Positions 14,206 to 25,739 of a stretch of DNA of 64,000 nucleotides are shown one piece after another. The stretch's first letter is position 1, and every line of letters starts with the position of its first letter. Source of the stretch: Octopus vulgaris (lineage: Eukaryota); contig OX597823.1 of the NCBI GenBank assembly GCA_951406725.2, positions 93,372,001 to 93,436,000 on the forward strand, written 5' to 3'. The position numbers were made by a program, and so were the translations under genes. The notes under the pieces were generated by a model that saw nothing but the letters and a program-made list of their open reading frames with translations, had not been told where the DNA came from and made no database searches.

Positions 14206-14207
<2 letters not shown>
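14051..14207. repeat. Short dispersed element with a terminal hairpin (about 37-bp arms)
   Basis: aacttataaacaagggcaaaagaagattatttctatg-t-catagaaataattttcttttgcccttgtttataagtt; 14089-14207 is the reverse complement of 53313-53443. Confidence 0.8.
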
Positions 14208-14236
<29 letters not shown>

Positions 14237-14377
14237 GAGGTATTGGTATCCAGAAGACACAAATTGACATGTAACGCTATGCAAGTGCTATGGAAGGACC
14301 GTTGTTAAAAATCACGGTTCGATACTGATACGAGCGTGGAGTCTAATGCGGGTCTTGTATGAGCATGTAAATGTAAA

Positions 14378-14594
14378 ATAAAATGAGACAATAAAGCCAA
14401 GGCTGTGTGGCATTTTCAGGATATTATAAAGCGGCAGTTAGTCTTACAACTGCTTCTGTGATATTAACTATAACCATCTCACATCGTCTCTCATGATGGG
14501 ATATCCCTAATATCCCATAACGAGAAAGACTAACTTTCTCGTTATAAATGTCCTGAAAATTCCACAGAGTCTTGCCTATGTTGTCTCATTTTAT
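14378..14594. repeat. Diverged fold-back element
   Basis: ataaaatgagacaa...ttttcagga...agttagtctt versus aagactaact...tcctgaaaat...ttgtctcattttat. Confidence 0.7.
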
Positions 14595-14599
14595 GTTAA

Positions 14600-16200
14600 G
14601 ATGCCCGCCGATGTTTTCCTTGCAGAGGTTGGCTGTTCCTCAGCTCTGATGGCTGTTCCCCAGCTCTGACAAAGGCGATGGTTTTCTTGGAGGGTCGGAA
14701 CCGCTTCGCCCACACAAGTCCTGCGCTGATGGCTTCAGCGATGATCTTAAGAACTTAGTCACGCTACCAGCGGTACCGTTCTTCTCCAAGTGCCCCTGTG
14801 CAGCAGCACCTGAGGAAGTGTTCCAGGGTTCCTCGCTTGGAATACAGCGCACATGCTGGTGTCTCTGCTATGCCCCATGTGTACAGATTTAATGGGCTTG
14901 GAAGCACATCGTACACTGCTTGGATGAATAATTTAATGCGTTGAGGCTCGGTTTTCCACAGCTCAGCCCAGGTCGCTTTCCTCTCAACTGCACTCTCCTA
15001 TCTTGTCCAAGTTCCCTGTTGCTTCATTCCCACTACCGTTCATGTTCCCATTTCCACCACTGCAGCTCTCACCTCCTCCTGAACAAGGTGGCGCCCTTCC
15101 TTCCCGCTGGGGAGTCAGAAAGACGCCTACTCTGCCTCACGTGACCATTCCCGCAAGTCTCTTTTGGCGCAGCCTTGTCGCTGCCCCTTGAACAGCATCC
15201 TCTGCTCTTCCTGCCAATCTTCACTTGGATCCATGCTTTATACTCCTTCGGATCACAAGAGACCCTGTACTGGACCACTACTCTAGCTCTTGCCCTCTTG
15301 AATTTCTCTTCCAATGATTTGAAGGGCAACTGCAGCTTGGTGTTGTTTCAGTAGAGCGCGATGCTACTCAGGCTCCTTGGTAATCGAAGCCATCTCCGGA
15401 AATGTTTGCTGACTCTCCTCTCTAAGGTCTCTATTATTGAGATGGCGACTGCATAGATAAGGAGGGGGCCACAGTATCCTGGAAAGAATGTCGTGATGGT
15501 AGATCCAGGGTTTGATCATCCAAGGTAGGCCTAACTTGTCCACGGATTTCAGCCAGCCATCCAACTCAGTGCAGGCCGACTGGATAGATGTAGTATCTCT
15601 CAATTAATTGTAGAAAACGTTACCCAAGCTCTTGACTAGCCTCTCTGTGAATGTTGAAGTGGCTGTTTCTGAGATGTTAAACTGGAACTTGTCTTCCACA
15701 TTTCCTTTACTTAGCACCATAGATCTTGATTTGGTTGGTTTGAAATGCATCCAAGCCCACTCTATAACCTTTTCGAGTCCCTGCAGAATCCACTGGCAGC
15801 CTAGGGCTGATTCTGTCATGACTATGAAGTCATCCACGAACGCCCTAATGGATGGTTGTTTTTGTCCGGACTTCGATAGGATCCCTCTACACTCTAGCTC
15901 AGCAGACTTGGTAAGCATGTTCATGGTTAGGAAGAATAGAGTCACTGAGAATGTGCACCCAGTGATGATGCCGATTTCAACCTTGTGCCAGCACGATGCT
16001 ATTACTCACTAAGAGACCCTCATCCTGATATTGGTGTAATAATCCTGCTAGGGATATGATGGTTTGTCAACGGGGGCTAAACCAGCTTGTGTGTAATAGA
16101 AGTGAATGCATTTGCCAGGTCAAGCCACAGCACAGACATGTTACCCCTGTTCTCTCTTGCCTCTTGAATCAGCTGTGTTACCATACCGGTATTCTCCAGG
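14600..16200 (-). mobile_element. R2/Hero-type (restriction-like endonuclease clade) non-LTR retrotransposon RT fragment, pseudogenised
   Basis: Broken frames give VLWLDLANAFTSITHKLV, IRAFVDDFIVMT, LEKVIEWAWMHFKPTKSRSMVL and IKPWIYHHDILSRILWP, motifs characteristic of Hero-like RTs. Confidence 0.85.
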
Positions 16201-16815
16201 CAGAAAGATGAGGGAAGGTGAGCATAAGGAGAAGGCCAGGAAATGTGAGAGAGGGGAAATGAAAAAACAAAGAATGGAATGAACGAAGTAAGTGTGAAGC
16301 GGCTGATAGTATGAAAGAAAGAATGGAAGAATAGAAAACATAATAAAGTCGTACAAAATCTATATATATACATACCTATAAGAGATCAAAGTGTATGTAC
16401 GCTGCTATATTTTTTATATAAAAATACAAAAATGGGACAAGAACACAAAACATCCAGAGAGGTAGGTGATACGAAAAAGGGACAACAAAAACTCCAAGCA
16501 GATGATACGAAGAAAACAAGGAAGGGTCATTCGGAATTTTCTATCCTCAGTCGAGTTCGAGATTATCTTTGAATTTCGGCTGGTTATACTCTGGTTCCCA
16601 AATACAAATAACAGGACATTAACAGCGGGTGTCTTTTGACTACGGACGAAAAACATTGATATATATATATATATATATATATACGTTCAGCAAAATTTAG
16701 ATTCAGATGAATATGGTACTTAAGTTAAAGGCACCAGAATTTGGTATGTTATTATCCATGTAAATCAAATGGGCTGATTATAATTAAGATAAGGATATCC
16801 TTGTTGCTTATTTTG

Positions 16816-16869
<54 letters not shown>

Positions 16870-16945
16870 CATATTATTATGGCTGCCCCCTCATTATCGA
16901 GTATGGCCATTGCACGAAGCTTAACTGTTAGTGGTGCTGCGATCG

Positions 16946-16985
<40 letters not shown>

Positions 16986-17419
16986 CTACACCATACTCAC
17001 CATGTAGGTGCACCTGTATGAACATATATAGAAAATTTCGCAACAAAAGTCTAATAACATCAGCAAGATTTCCGGTATTGCATGATGCATTACATTTAGC
17101 GCTGCAAACAATCTTGAATAGTATAACTTAATTCGTTATGGATCACATTACCTATTGCTAAGTTGTTACAATTCTACAGTACGCGAGTCGTCTTCCTTAA
17201 GTAGAAAGCATGTGTGGGTGCACGTATACATATGCAATTATTTCATTAGCTCTCTTTTAGTACACCAGCCTATCAATATTGTTTATCTTAGTAAAGAACT
17301 TCGCATGCTCTTGTGGCAGTGTCAGAGGTTATATTTCATCACCATTATATATTGTAAATCTGTGGCCGTGCACCATTTATACTGGTTTACAGTGATATAC
17401 AAAACACGATAAAATTAAT

Positions 17420-17710
17420 GGTCATTACATATTTTTCTTTGTTGCTGTAAATTTTACTTACAGCTGTTTCGAGTACTTATTGCAGGTTCGTTATTGAAAG
17501 GTGGACTCGATCGGTCGGTTCATTGATAGATTGAGAAGTATTGAGTGACCTAAAAAGTTAATGTTTCTTTCGTGAGATTCATTTCTGGTTATAACAAAGC
17601 AGAACTCAAGTTTGTCATAACCAGAAATGGCTCTGCCATAACGAACCTGTAATAATCACTGGAAACAACTGTAAGTCAAATTTGCAGCAACAAAAAAATT
17701 TCTAATGACC
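17420..17710. repeat. Diverged fold-back element carrying the 3' half of a hammerhead motif
   Basis: Arms 17420-17494 and 17637-17710 (ttgttgctgtaaattttacttacagctgtttcg / ggaaacaactgtaagtcaaatttgcagcaacaa); inner hairpin at 17580-17629. Confidence 0.75.
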
Positions 17711-17817
17711 TTTATCTATACGTTGTCTCGCATATGCATATATATTTGTGAGTTTGGATAGTTCTACATTCCCCCATCAATCTGTGTGTGTTTATATATA
17801 TATATATAAATAACTTA

Positions 17818-18030
17818 TTAAATCATTTGGTTCAACCGCCAAATTATACCAATATTGGTCGTCAAACGGTGGTGAGTGACAAACACACACACACATGTAT
17901 ATATATATTATTAAAAAGCAACGAAAATGTTGCTTTTTCATAAAGCATATTACTCTACCTCTGGTATTCGAGTACTATGTTTTCCACCTTTATTTGCTTA
18001 CTCTGGTATATATACATACATACATACATA
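17818..18030 (+). repeat. Local direct duplication, copy 1 (copy 2 at about 18760-19025)
   Basis: Shared ggtcgtcaaacggtggtgagtgacaaac and aatgttgctttttcataaagcatattactctacctctggtattcgagtactatg. Confidence 0.9.
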
Positions 18031-18870
18031 CATACATATAATATAAATGTGTGTGTATATGCGTGTGTGAGTGTGTGTGCGTGCAGGTGTGGGTTAGTGT
18101 ACCTACATGCATTTATGTATACATGCGAGTAATTCATACTATTTTGCTTACAGAACCACGCTAATCAAAGATGGTGGATGTTGATCAAACAACACTCCTA
18201 TAGAGTTTGTCAGTGAGGCAAATCTTGCCAAGAGTTATTCAGTGTAACAATCGCCATATTCTCGTAAATGCCATGGAAGTCAACGTCAATATTGACGATA
18301 CGATTGAAGTAACTCCATCGATTTGTTTTTATTGTATTTAATTTTCATTCGTGTAGAACTTTAGAAAACTTGACTCATAACAAATGCCGTTCTTGTAATG
18401 TTAGAAATCTTATTAAAGGCCGCTTAACTCTCCAAGGAGAACAGCTACAATGGAACGCTAATTGCAATATATGTTAACCTCATCGGTAGGCCAAAAAAAG
18501 AGTAATTTTACAAGTCAATTTGCTGTTTTTCACTTGAAAATAAATGATACGCAAAGACAGAATGTTTCATTAAAATCTTAAGAGCGATACTTTTGATTCC
18601 TACGTCAAATTAACAAGAACCAAATTGGATGTTTTTATCTATTTATTTATTTTATCAATTTCTTCTGTTATTCTTTTACTTATTCAGGCATTACATTCTG
18701 GCCATGCTGGGGCACAACTTCGCAGAGTTTTTAGTCGAACGAATCGACCCAAGAACTTCTTAAATCCTTTGGTTCCACCACCAAATTATGAGTACGTGAA
18801 CATACCAATACTGGTCGTCAAACGGTGGTGAGTGACAAACACACACACACACACACGCACACATACATAC

Positions 18871-18912
<42 letters not shown>

Positions 18913-19025
18913 AAAAAAAAACAATGAAAATGTTGCTTTTTCATAAAGCATATTACTCTACCTCTGGTATTCGAGTACTATGCTTTCCACCTTTATTTGC
19001 TTACTCTGGTATATATACATACATG

Positions 19026-19105
<80 letters not shown>

Positions 19106-19107
19106 CT

Positions 19108-19265
19108 GGTGTGGCTGAGTGATAGGAACACTGCATCCAAACCAAATGGTTCTGGATTCAGTCCCACTACGTGGCATCTTGGACAAAGGTCTTGTACTAT
19201 AGCCTCGGGCCGACCAATGCCTTCTGAGTGGATTTGGTGGACGGAAACAGAAAGAAGCCCGTCCT
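19108..19265 (+). mobile_element. SINE family A, 5' half
   Basis: gtggctgagtgatagg...ttcagtcccactacgtggcatcttgg...gagtggatttggtggacggaaac. Confidence 0.8.
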
Positions 19266-19281
19266 GTGTATATTTTATATA

Positions 19282-19331
<50 letters not shown>

Positions 19332-19358
19332 ATAGGATTAGCTCGTATACGAGTAGGT

Positions 19359-19898
19359 ATATATTTGTAAAAAATGAAGTTCGAAAATGCTGCTATATTA
19401 TACAATTTTTAATTTTCATATATGCATTATAACATGTTTCAGTTCCTGAAATGAACCTTATCAAAAAAAGTTATATATAAAGAAAGATAGTTCATGCTAT
19501 CAAATATAAGAAATTCATTTATAATACACAATGGAGTCAGACATCATAAAGTTCATATATAGTTTGAAGTGAGTTCGTTCATGCTATATGTTTAAAGTGT
19601 ATGATGCAGTGGTTCGTGGTGGTGATATATAAAAAATAGATCAAAGTGGTGGAATGCAGTCAATATAAAAAATTGATGTTCCTGAAAGAGCGAGGAATTC
19701 ATTTTTACCTTGAGCAACTGTAATGACTTGTGGTGGGTGTTCGCTGGATTAATTTCTTATATTCGATAGCATGAACTATCTTTTTTTTATATATAACTTT
19801 TTTTGATAAGGTTCATTTCAGGAACTGAAACATGTTATAATGTATATATAAAAATTAAAAATTGTATAATATAGCAGCATTTTCGAACTTCATTTTTT

Positions 19899-19907
<9 letters not shown>
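19359..19907. repeat. Fold-back element (about 155-bp inverted arms, about 240-bp spacer) in (TA)n
   Basis: 19359-19514 is the reverse complement of 19751-19907. Confidence 0.92.
19803..19836 (+). ncRNA. Hammerhead-like motif, U3-A8 variant (mirror copy on - at 19431-19464)
   Basis: TTGATAA ggttc-atttcag-gaact GAAA catg TT; stem I is weak. Confidence 0.55.
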
Positions 19908-19946
<39 letters not shown>

Positions 19947-20259
19947 GTGTGTGTGTGTTATAATTTAGAACAAACAGTAAGTTGTTATTGTAGTACTCGG
20001 AGTTTCGAATCTCGGAGCGAAGAGCTACGATGCATTCTCGTCGGCTATTATATATACTTCGGACTTCTTTTTAATAAGTCGTTGAATCGATCCATTCAGC
20101 AAAGTGGTACTCCAGAATGGCCATAATCTAATGACTGGACTGAAAAAAGTAATGAATAATAAATGAAATAGATAAAATAAATAAATAAAATCTAATTTTT
20201 TTTTCTTCTTAATTTAACGTAAGAATCAAATATATCGCTCTTAGTATGTCGATAATGAA

Positions 20260-20313
<54 letters not shown>

Positions 20314-20710
20314 ATATATATTTATATGTACGTATAGGTAAGTAAAGTTAGCGGTTGAAATAACCGTCTAAGGAATTAGAATATCCGCTATTACTCCCGG
20401 TATAAATTACCTATGTTTATGTATGTAACTTACCAGTTGATTCAAGAATGTCTTCAATCCAGCGTTTAGTCCCCAGGTAGTTAAATTTCCCACCACTAGT
20501 CAATAAAAACACCAAATTATATCTATTGCTTCATCAAGGAATACATTGTAATGACTAAAGCGGCATAATAAACTCAAATTTACAAAAAGAAAACTTCAAA
20601 GGCTTAGCTTTTATTAACAATCACATTTTATGAAGATATCTTTGTGAAATATTCTTCATCTCTTTTAATACAAGTCTGCTTGATACCACTCCTGTTTCTG
20701 TAACACAAAA

Positions 20711-20845
20711 TCTAGTGATATTTCTACTTCCATATGGTACCAGACAGTAACAACAAGATCTTATAATGTTGCTACTCATGTGTGGTACAATACAGTAATG
20801 ACAACATCTAGTGATGTTACTACTTGTATGTGGTACCAGACACAA
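20711..20845. repeat. 48-bp tandem repeat, about 2.8 copies
   Basis: Units start at 20711, 20759 and 20807 (tctagtgat...tggtacca.acagtaa..acaa). Confidence 0.8.
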
Positions 20846-21519
20846 GGAGTAAATTGTCAGAAAAAGAACAGTTGAATGGTACAAGCCTGGGGTATTTTAA
20901 ACCATTGTTCCAGCCGTTACTACTCAGTGAATTTATGTTCCAAAGACTAAATTAATTATTAGTTATTTTAAGAAATTCATTTATTACTTTATATTTTCAT
21001 TGAATCAAAACCAATGTATTTCAACAGAAATATGGTAACAAAAGGGTTAATATCAACTGATTTCTAACAATGCAGGGAAGTATAAAGATATAAGAAAAAA
21101 ATCCATCTTCTTTCATTCAAAGAAAAAAAAAAACAGATACTTACAAGGTAAGGATGGGTGCTATTGTATAACTAATTCAATAGTACCACCAGCCTACCAC
21201 TGTTCAAAGGAAATGGATTTCATTTTTCTTCTTTTTTATTCTGTCCCTACTGTATACATACAGAATATTAACCAAGACGAACAGTATAATTTTTGTTCTT
21301 ATGAGGTCAAGGTAGACTCTGTGGGATGTGAATCATAAATGAGAACTACTGAAAGACTACGTGTTTGCCTATTCTTCTCAGTCACTGGGCTCCGAGGTGG
21401 ACTAAGACAGCAGGAGTCTAGATATTTATTTATACATACTGTACAGTTATTGTTTAGATCAGTGTGTCTTGTATATACAAGGCTTCATGTTGTTTAGTTC
21501 ACAGTGTTTTATATAAATC

Positions 21520-21850
21520 ATTCACATTTAATGTCCATGTGTAACCTCTCGAAAGAGCTGTTCTTCACTCCTGTTCCAGAGCGTCGGCGGCGGGGTCACT
21601 CCGAAAAGCTCTATCTACGAGGATTTCATCTCAATCGAAGGAAAGGGGCTCTCTCCGTCCGGGTTGCGGATCCGTGGAATAAGCTGCCTGATGAGATAGT
21701 GAAGATGCCGACGACCGCTCGGTTCAAAGTCTCTCTTGACCAGAAATGGCCTGAACTCTTTGCATGACCACCCTCCCTGTACATTACTCCCTGTCCCCCT
21801 TCATGGCCTTGCTTTTTGATTTTTAAGTCAATAAAAATTGAATTGAATTG
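21520..21850 (+). mobile_element. CR1-clade LINE 3' end
   Basis: RRRGHSEKLY...RKGALSVRVADPWNKLPDEIV...FKVSLD is the typical CR1 ORF2 C-terminus; followed by a 3' UTR, aataaa and an (aattg)3 tail. Confidence 0.85.
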
Positions 21851-21914
21851 GTGATTTGACAGGATTCAATAGGCCCAAGGACTGCGTCACGATACACACA
21901 CACACACACACACA

Positions 21915-22175
21915 CACTGTTACTACAGATACACTATAGTCTTGTTACTATAGATACACTGTAACATTGTTACTATAAACACACTGTAATCTTGTAACTA
22001 CAGACATACTGTAGTCTTGCTACAATAGAAACACTGTAATCTTGTTACTGATAGACTGTAGTCCTGTCACTAAAAACACGATAAACTTGTTACTATGTAC
22101 ACCGTAATCTTGTTACTAGAGACATATTTTAATCTTGTTACTATATATACAGAGTGACCTTGTTAGCATAGACAC
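21915..22175. repeat. About 25-bp minisatellite, roughly 10 degenerate copies
   Basis: Recurring tacta.agatacactgtaatcttgt; further copies near 22395-22440. Confidence 0.85.
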
Positions 22176-22684
22176 GAAGGGAAGTCTAATTATCTGCACT
22201 TTCGCCGTATTATTATAGTCATACTGCCTTCTGCGCATGTGTGCTTATAGTTGGTACTATTCTGGTCATGTGATAGAAGTTTGAGCCTCATTGCGTCATT
22301 TTTCTTTCTGGCTTTACAGTGTAAGCCGTGTAATGTTATTCAAGGTATGTTGTGGCGAAGGTGTGTATAATTTTTGACTTCCCATCGTACATCGTAGTCT
22401 TGCTATTATATACACACTGTAATCTTGTAACTAGAGACAAACTTTAATAGTTTTTTTTACGTATTATATATTGATTATTCATTTTTATACTATTTGTGAT
22501 CTAGTTATATGTTTTATAAAAATATATTCCATTTTTTATTTATGATTTGGTTTATGTCTAACGTTGTTTGAATTGCATAATAGTGTTTTTTTTCTCTAAT
22601 TTATATATTATATATTTATATTGCGAAATTTGATTTAATACTAAAGTGAATTTTTCCCTGTAAGTTTGGAGTTATACTCCTTAA

Positions 22685-22750
<66 letters not shown>

Positions 22751-22920
22751 ATATATATTTTTTCTACTCAGGCACAAGGCCCGAAATTTTGAGGAGGGGG
22801 CCCAGTCGATTAGATCGACCCCAGTACGCAACTGGTATTTCATTTATCGACCCCGAACGACATACCGCTAAGCATTTGCCCGGTGTGCTAACATCTCTGC
22901 CAGCTCTCCACATGTGTATG

Positions 22921-22971
<51 letters not shown>

Positions 22972-23082
22972 TAGAAGAAATGAGGTAATCAGAAGATCGG
23001 ATGGTTCATGTTTATAGATATTTATTTATATATTACATTTTTTACATATATATATCATATTATTCAAATCATATCATTCAGA

Positions 23083-23123
23083 TTATTAGCGCTTTCTCCC
23101 ATTCCAGTGGGGTTTTCAAATCA
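23083..23123 (-). ncRNA. Degenerate hammerhead motif, U3-A8 variant
   Basis: Minus strand: tgat TTGAAAA cccca-ctggaa-tggga GAAA gcgc TA ataa, inside a short insert between (TA)n and (TG)n. Confidence 0.5.
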
Positions 23124-23184
23124 AATCAATTCCTTTGTGGGGAATTTGGTCATTTTATAGAGTTTCGTAGTAGTGAGGAGGAAC

Positions 23185-23223
<39 letters not shown>

Positions 23224-23557
23224 TGTGTGTGTGTGTTTGTGTGTGTGTGTATGTATGTGCTATCTGAGTATATTCCACTGTTGAAGGCAGAGCCTTTCTC
23301 ATGCAGATTCAGAAATCCGGTATCTTGAATTATCCAGTAAATTATTTTTGCCTAGATTATTTTGTCTCTTTGTCTTTTCTCCTGTTGCTGTATGAACATT
23401 TAATGTGGTTTTAGAGTCAAGTGGTTGCTGCTATTTCCAGAGTGGACGTATTACTTAGGTACCCTAAATTATAATTTTCATAATAATTATTACCTTTGAA
23501 GTTTTTTATTTCCATGCTGGCCACCTGATAAGATCGATATTTAAATAAAGATCTTAT

Positions 23558-23699
<142 letters not shown>

Positions 23700-23879
23700 T
23701 AAATAATTAGGGTTCAGCAACGACTTGCCTCACCACACACCGAATTTAGAAATAGCAGTCAAAAAGTCTTCGCTATTCCCTCTACTTTAAAGGGAGATCC
23801 AAGTAAAACCAAAGCACTCAAGAACAAACTACGCAGGTAAAAGAGAAAGAAATGACGAAAATCATTCTATATTAAGTTG

Positions 23880-23969
23880 CCTACGGACGCGCGTTTCGGA
23901 ATTAAGCCAGTATAGAGCATAAAATATAAATAATTATACCTTATCGACTATTTTCCTCATCAGCGTAGG
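23880..23969 (-). ncRNA. Type-I hammerhead ribozyme, canonical core (mirror copy)
   Basis: Reverse complement of 24406-24496 with all core nucleotides intact. Confidence 0.85.
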
Positions 23970-24405
23970 ATTCTTCAATTGTGAATAATTGCGTCTCAAT
24001 TATTAATAATTGTGTATTAAATTTGAAGGCACTAGATAATATCATTTCACCTCACGGTATCAGAGAAAACGTATACCGTGCTAGTACCGCCAAATTCAAA
24101 AAGTGAATGAGAGTAAGTCATTCTCCCCTGTCCACCAGCGTGTTGCCAAAGTAAGATGCTACAGTTTTTGTCTGGGAGGAAATACCATTATCGATAATAA
24201 CAAAGGGTGAAATTAATTAATTAAGAAGTAATCAGTAATTTGGACAGGGGAGAATGACTTACTCTCATTCACTTTTTGAATTTGGCGGTACTAGCACGGT
24301 ATACGTTCTCTCTGATACCGTGAGGTGAAATGATATTTTCTAGAGCCTTCAAATTTAATGCACAATTATTAATAATTGAGACGCAATTATTTATAATTGA
24401 AGAAT

Positions 24406-24496
24406 CCTACGCTGATGAGGAAAATAGTCGAGTAAGGTATAATTATTTATTTTTTATGCTCTATACTGGCTTAATTCCGAAACGCGCGTCCGTAGG
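24406..24496 (+). ncRNA. Type-I hammerhead ribozyme, canonical core, long loop II
   Basis: cctacg CTGATGA ggaa-(52 nt)-ttcc GAAA cgcgcg TC cgtagg: perfect 6-bp stem I, GUC cleavage triplet, palindromic stem III. Confidence 0.88.
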
Positions 24497-24792
24497 CAAT
24501 TTAATATAGAATGATTTTCGTCATTTCTTTCTCTTTTACCTGCGTGGTTTGTTCTTGAGTGCTTTGGTTTTACTTGGATCTCCCTTTAAAGTAGAAGGAA
24601 TAGCCAAGACTATTTGACTGCTATTTCTAAATTCGGTGTGTGGTGAGGCAAATCGTTGCTGAACCCTAATTATTTAGTATTACTTAAACTTACCATGAAT
24701 TGGTCTTTTACATGCTGAATTCTACTTGGGGAAATTACTGATTACTTCTTAATTAATTTATTTCACCCTTTGTTATTATTGATATATATCTA

Positions 24793-24856
<64 letters not shown>

Positions 24857-24859
<3 letters not shown>

Positions 24860-25020
24860 CAGGCTTCTTTCAGGTTGTTGTCTACCAAATCCACTCACTA
24901 GGCTTTGGTTACGCCGTGGTTATAGTAGAAGACACATTGGCAAGGTACAATGCAGTTGGATTGAACCCGGAACAACGTGGTGGGAAAGAAACTACTTACC
25001 ACAAAGCCACGCCTGTGCCT
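24857..25020 (-). mobile_element. SINE family A, 5' half
   Basis: gacaggcttctttcag...gtctaccaaatccactcac...cttaccacaaagccacgcct. Confidence 0.8.
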
Positions 25021-25044
25021 GTTCGTTTAGCGGTCTTACTATAT

Positions 25045-25278
25045 CTGTTTCTTTATTACACACAAGGGGCTAAACATAGACAGGACTAACAAGGACAGAC
25101 AAACGGATTAAGTCGATTACATCGACCCCAGTGCGTAACTGGTACTTAATTTATGGACCCCGAAAGGATGAAAGACAAAGTCGACCTCGGCGGAATTTGA
25201 ACTCAGAACGTAGCGACGGGCGAAATACCGCGAAGCACTTCGCCGGGCGTGCCAATGTCTCTGCCATCTCACCGCCTT
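25045..25278 (-). mobile_element. SINE family B, full length
   Basis: Reverse complement of 61146-61382; further minus copies near 22760-22910, 27455-27665, 39020-39195, 48545-48815 and 61860-62050. Confidence 0.88.
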
Positions 25279-25739
25279 AGCTGTCTTACTATATCGATAA
25301 TGAAATGCGCTACTGGCTTTCATTTTTCTCTCAGTTTTCTTTTTTTCGGATGTCTCGCGCAAAGTTGAGTGGCAATCATAAATGTATAACTCGCAACTTC
25401 TGCCAATTAGTGACACGCTTCCAACAACTTGCACTGACATCATAAACGTTTTCTGTTACATTAAAACAATGGAAAATTTATCGAAAAAATAAACAAAGTT
25501 TAAAATATAGAAATAGAAGAATAAAAATATTGGCAAAATCACAGCTTATTTCCAATGTTCTTTTAACTTATAGCGCTGATTTTTTTCTAGTTGTATATCC
25601 AAAGGCTGGCAGTGAATCAGTTCATCTATGATTAAATGCATTTTTTCGGCGTCATATCATCATTTATTGGCACCAGAGCCTGAAAAGACATTGAGGGTCT
25701 ATATATCCCTCGTGGAGGAAATCGGTTGAACGTCAGTCA

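Noticed and set aside
20455-20545. Minus-strand TTGATGA ... AAAcgc hammerhead look-alike
   Set aside because: Mismatched 3-8 pair, no intact GAAA and no clear stem II
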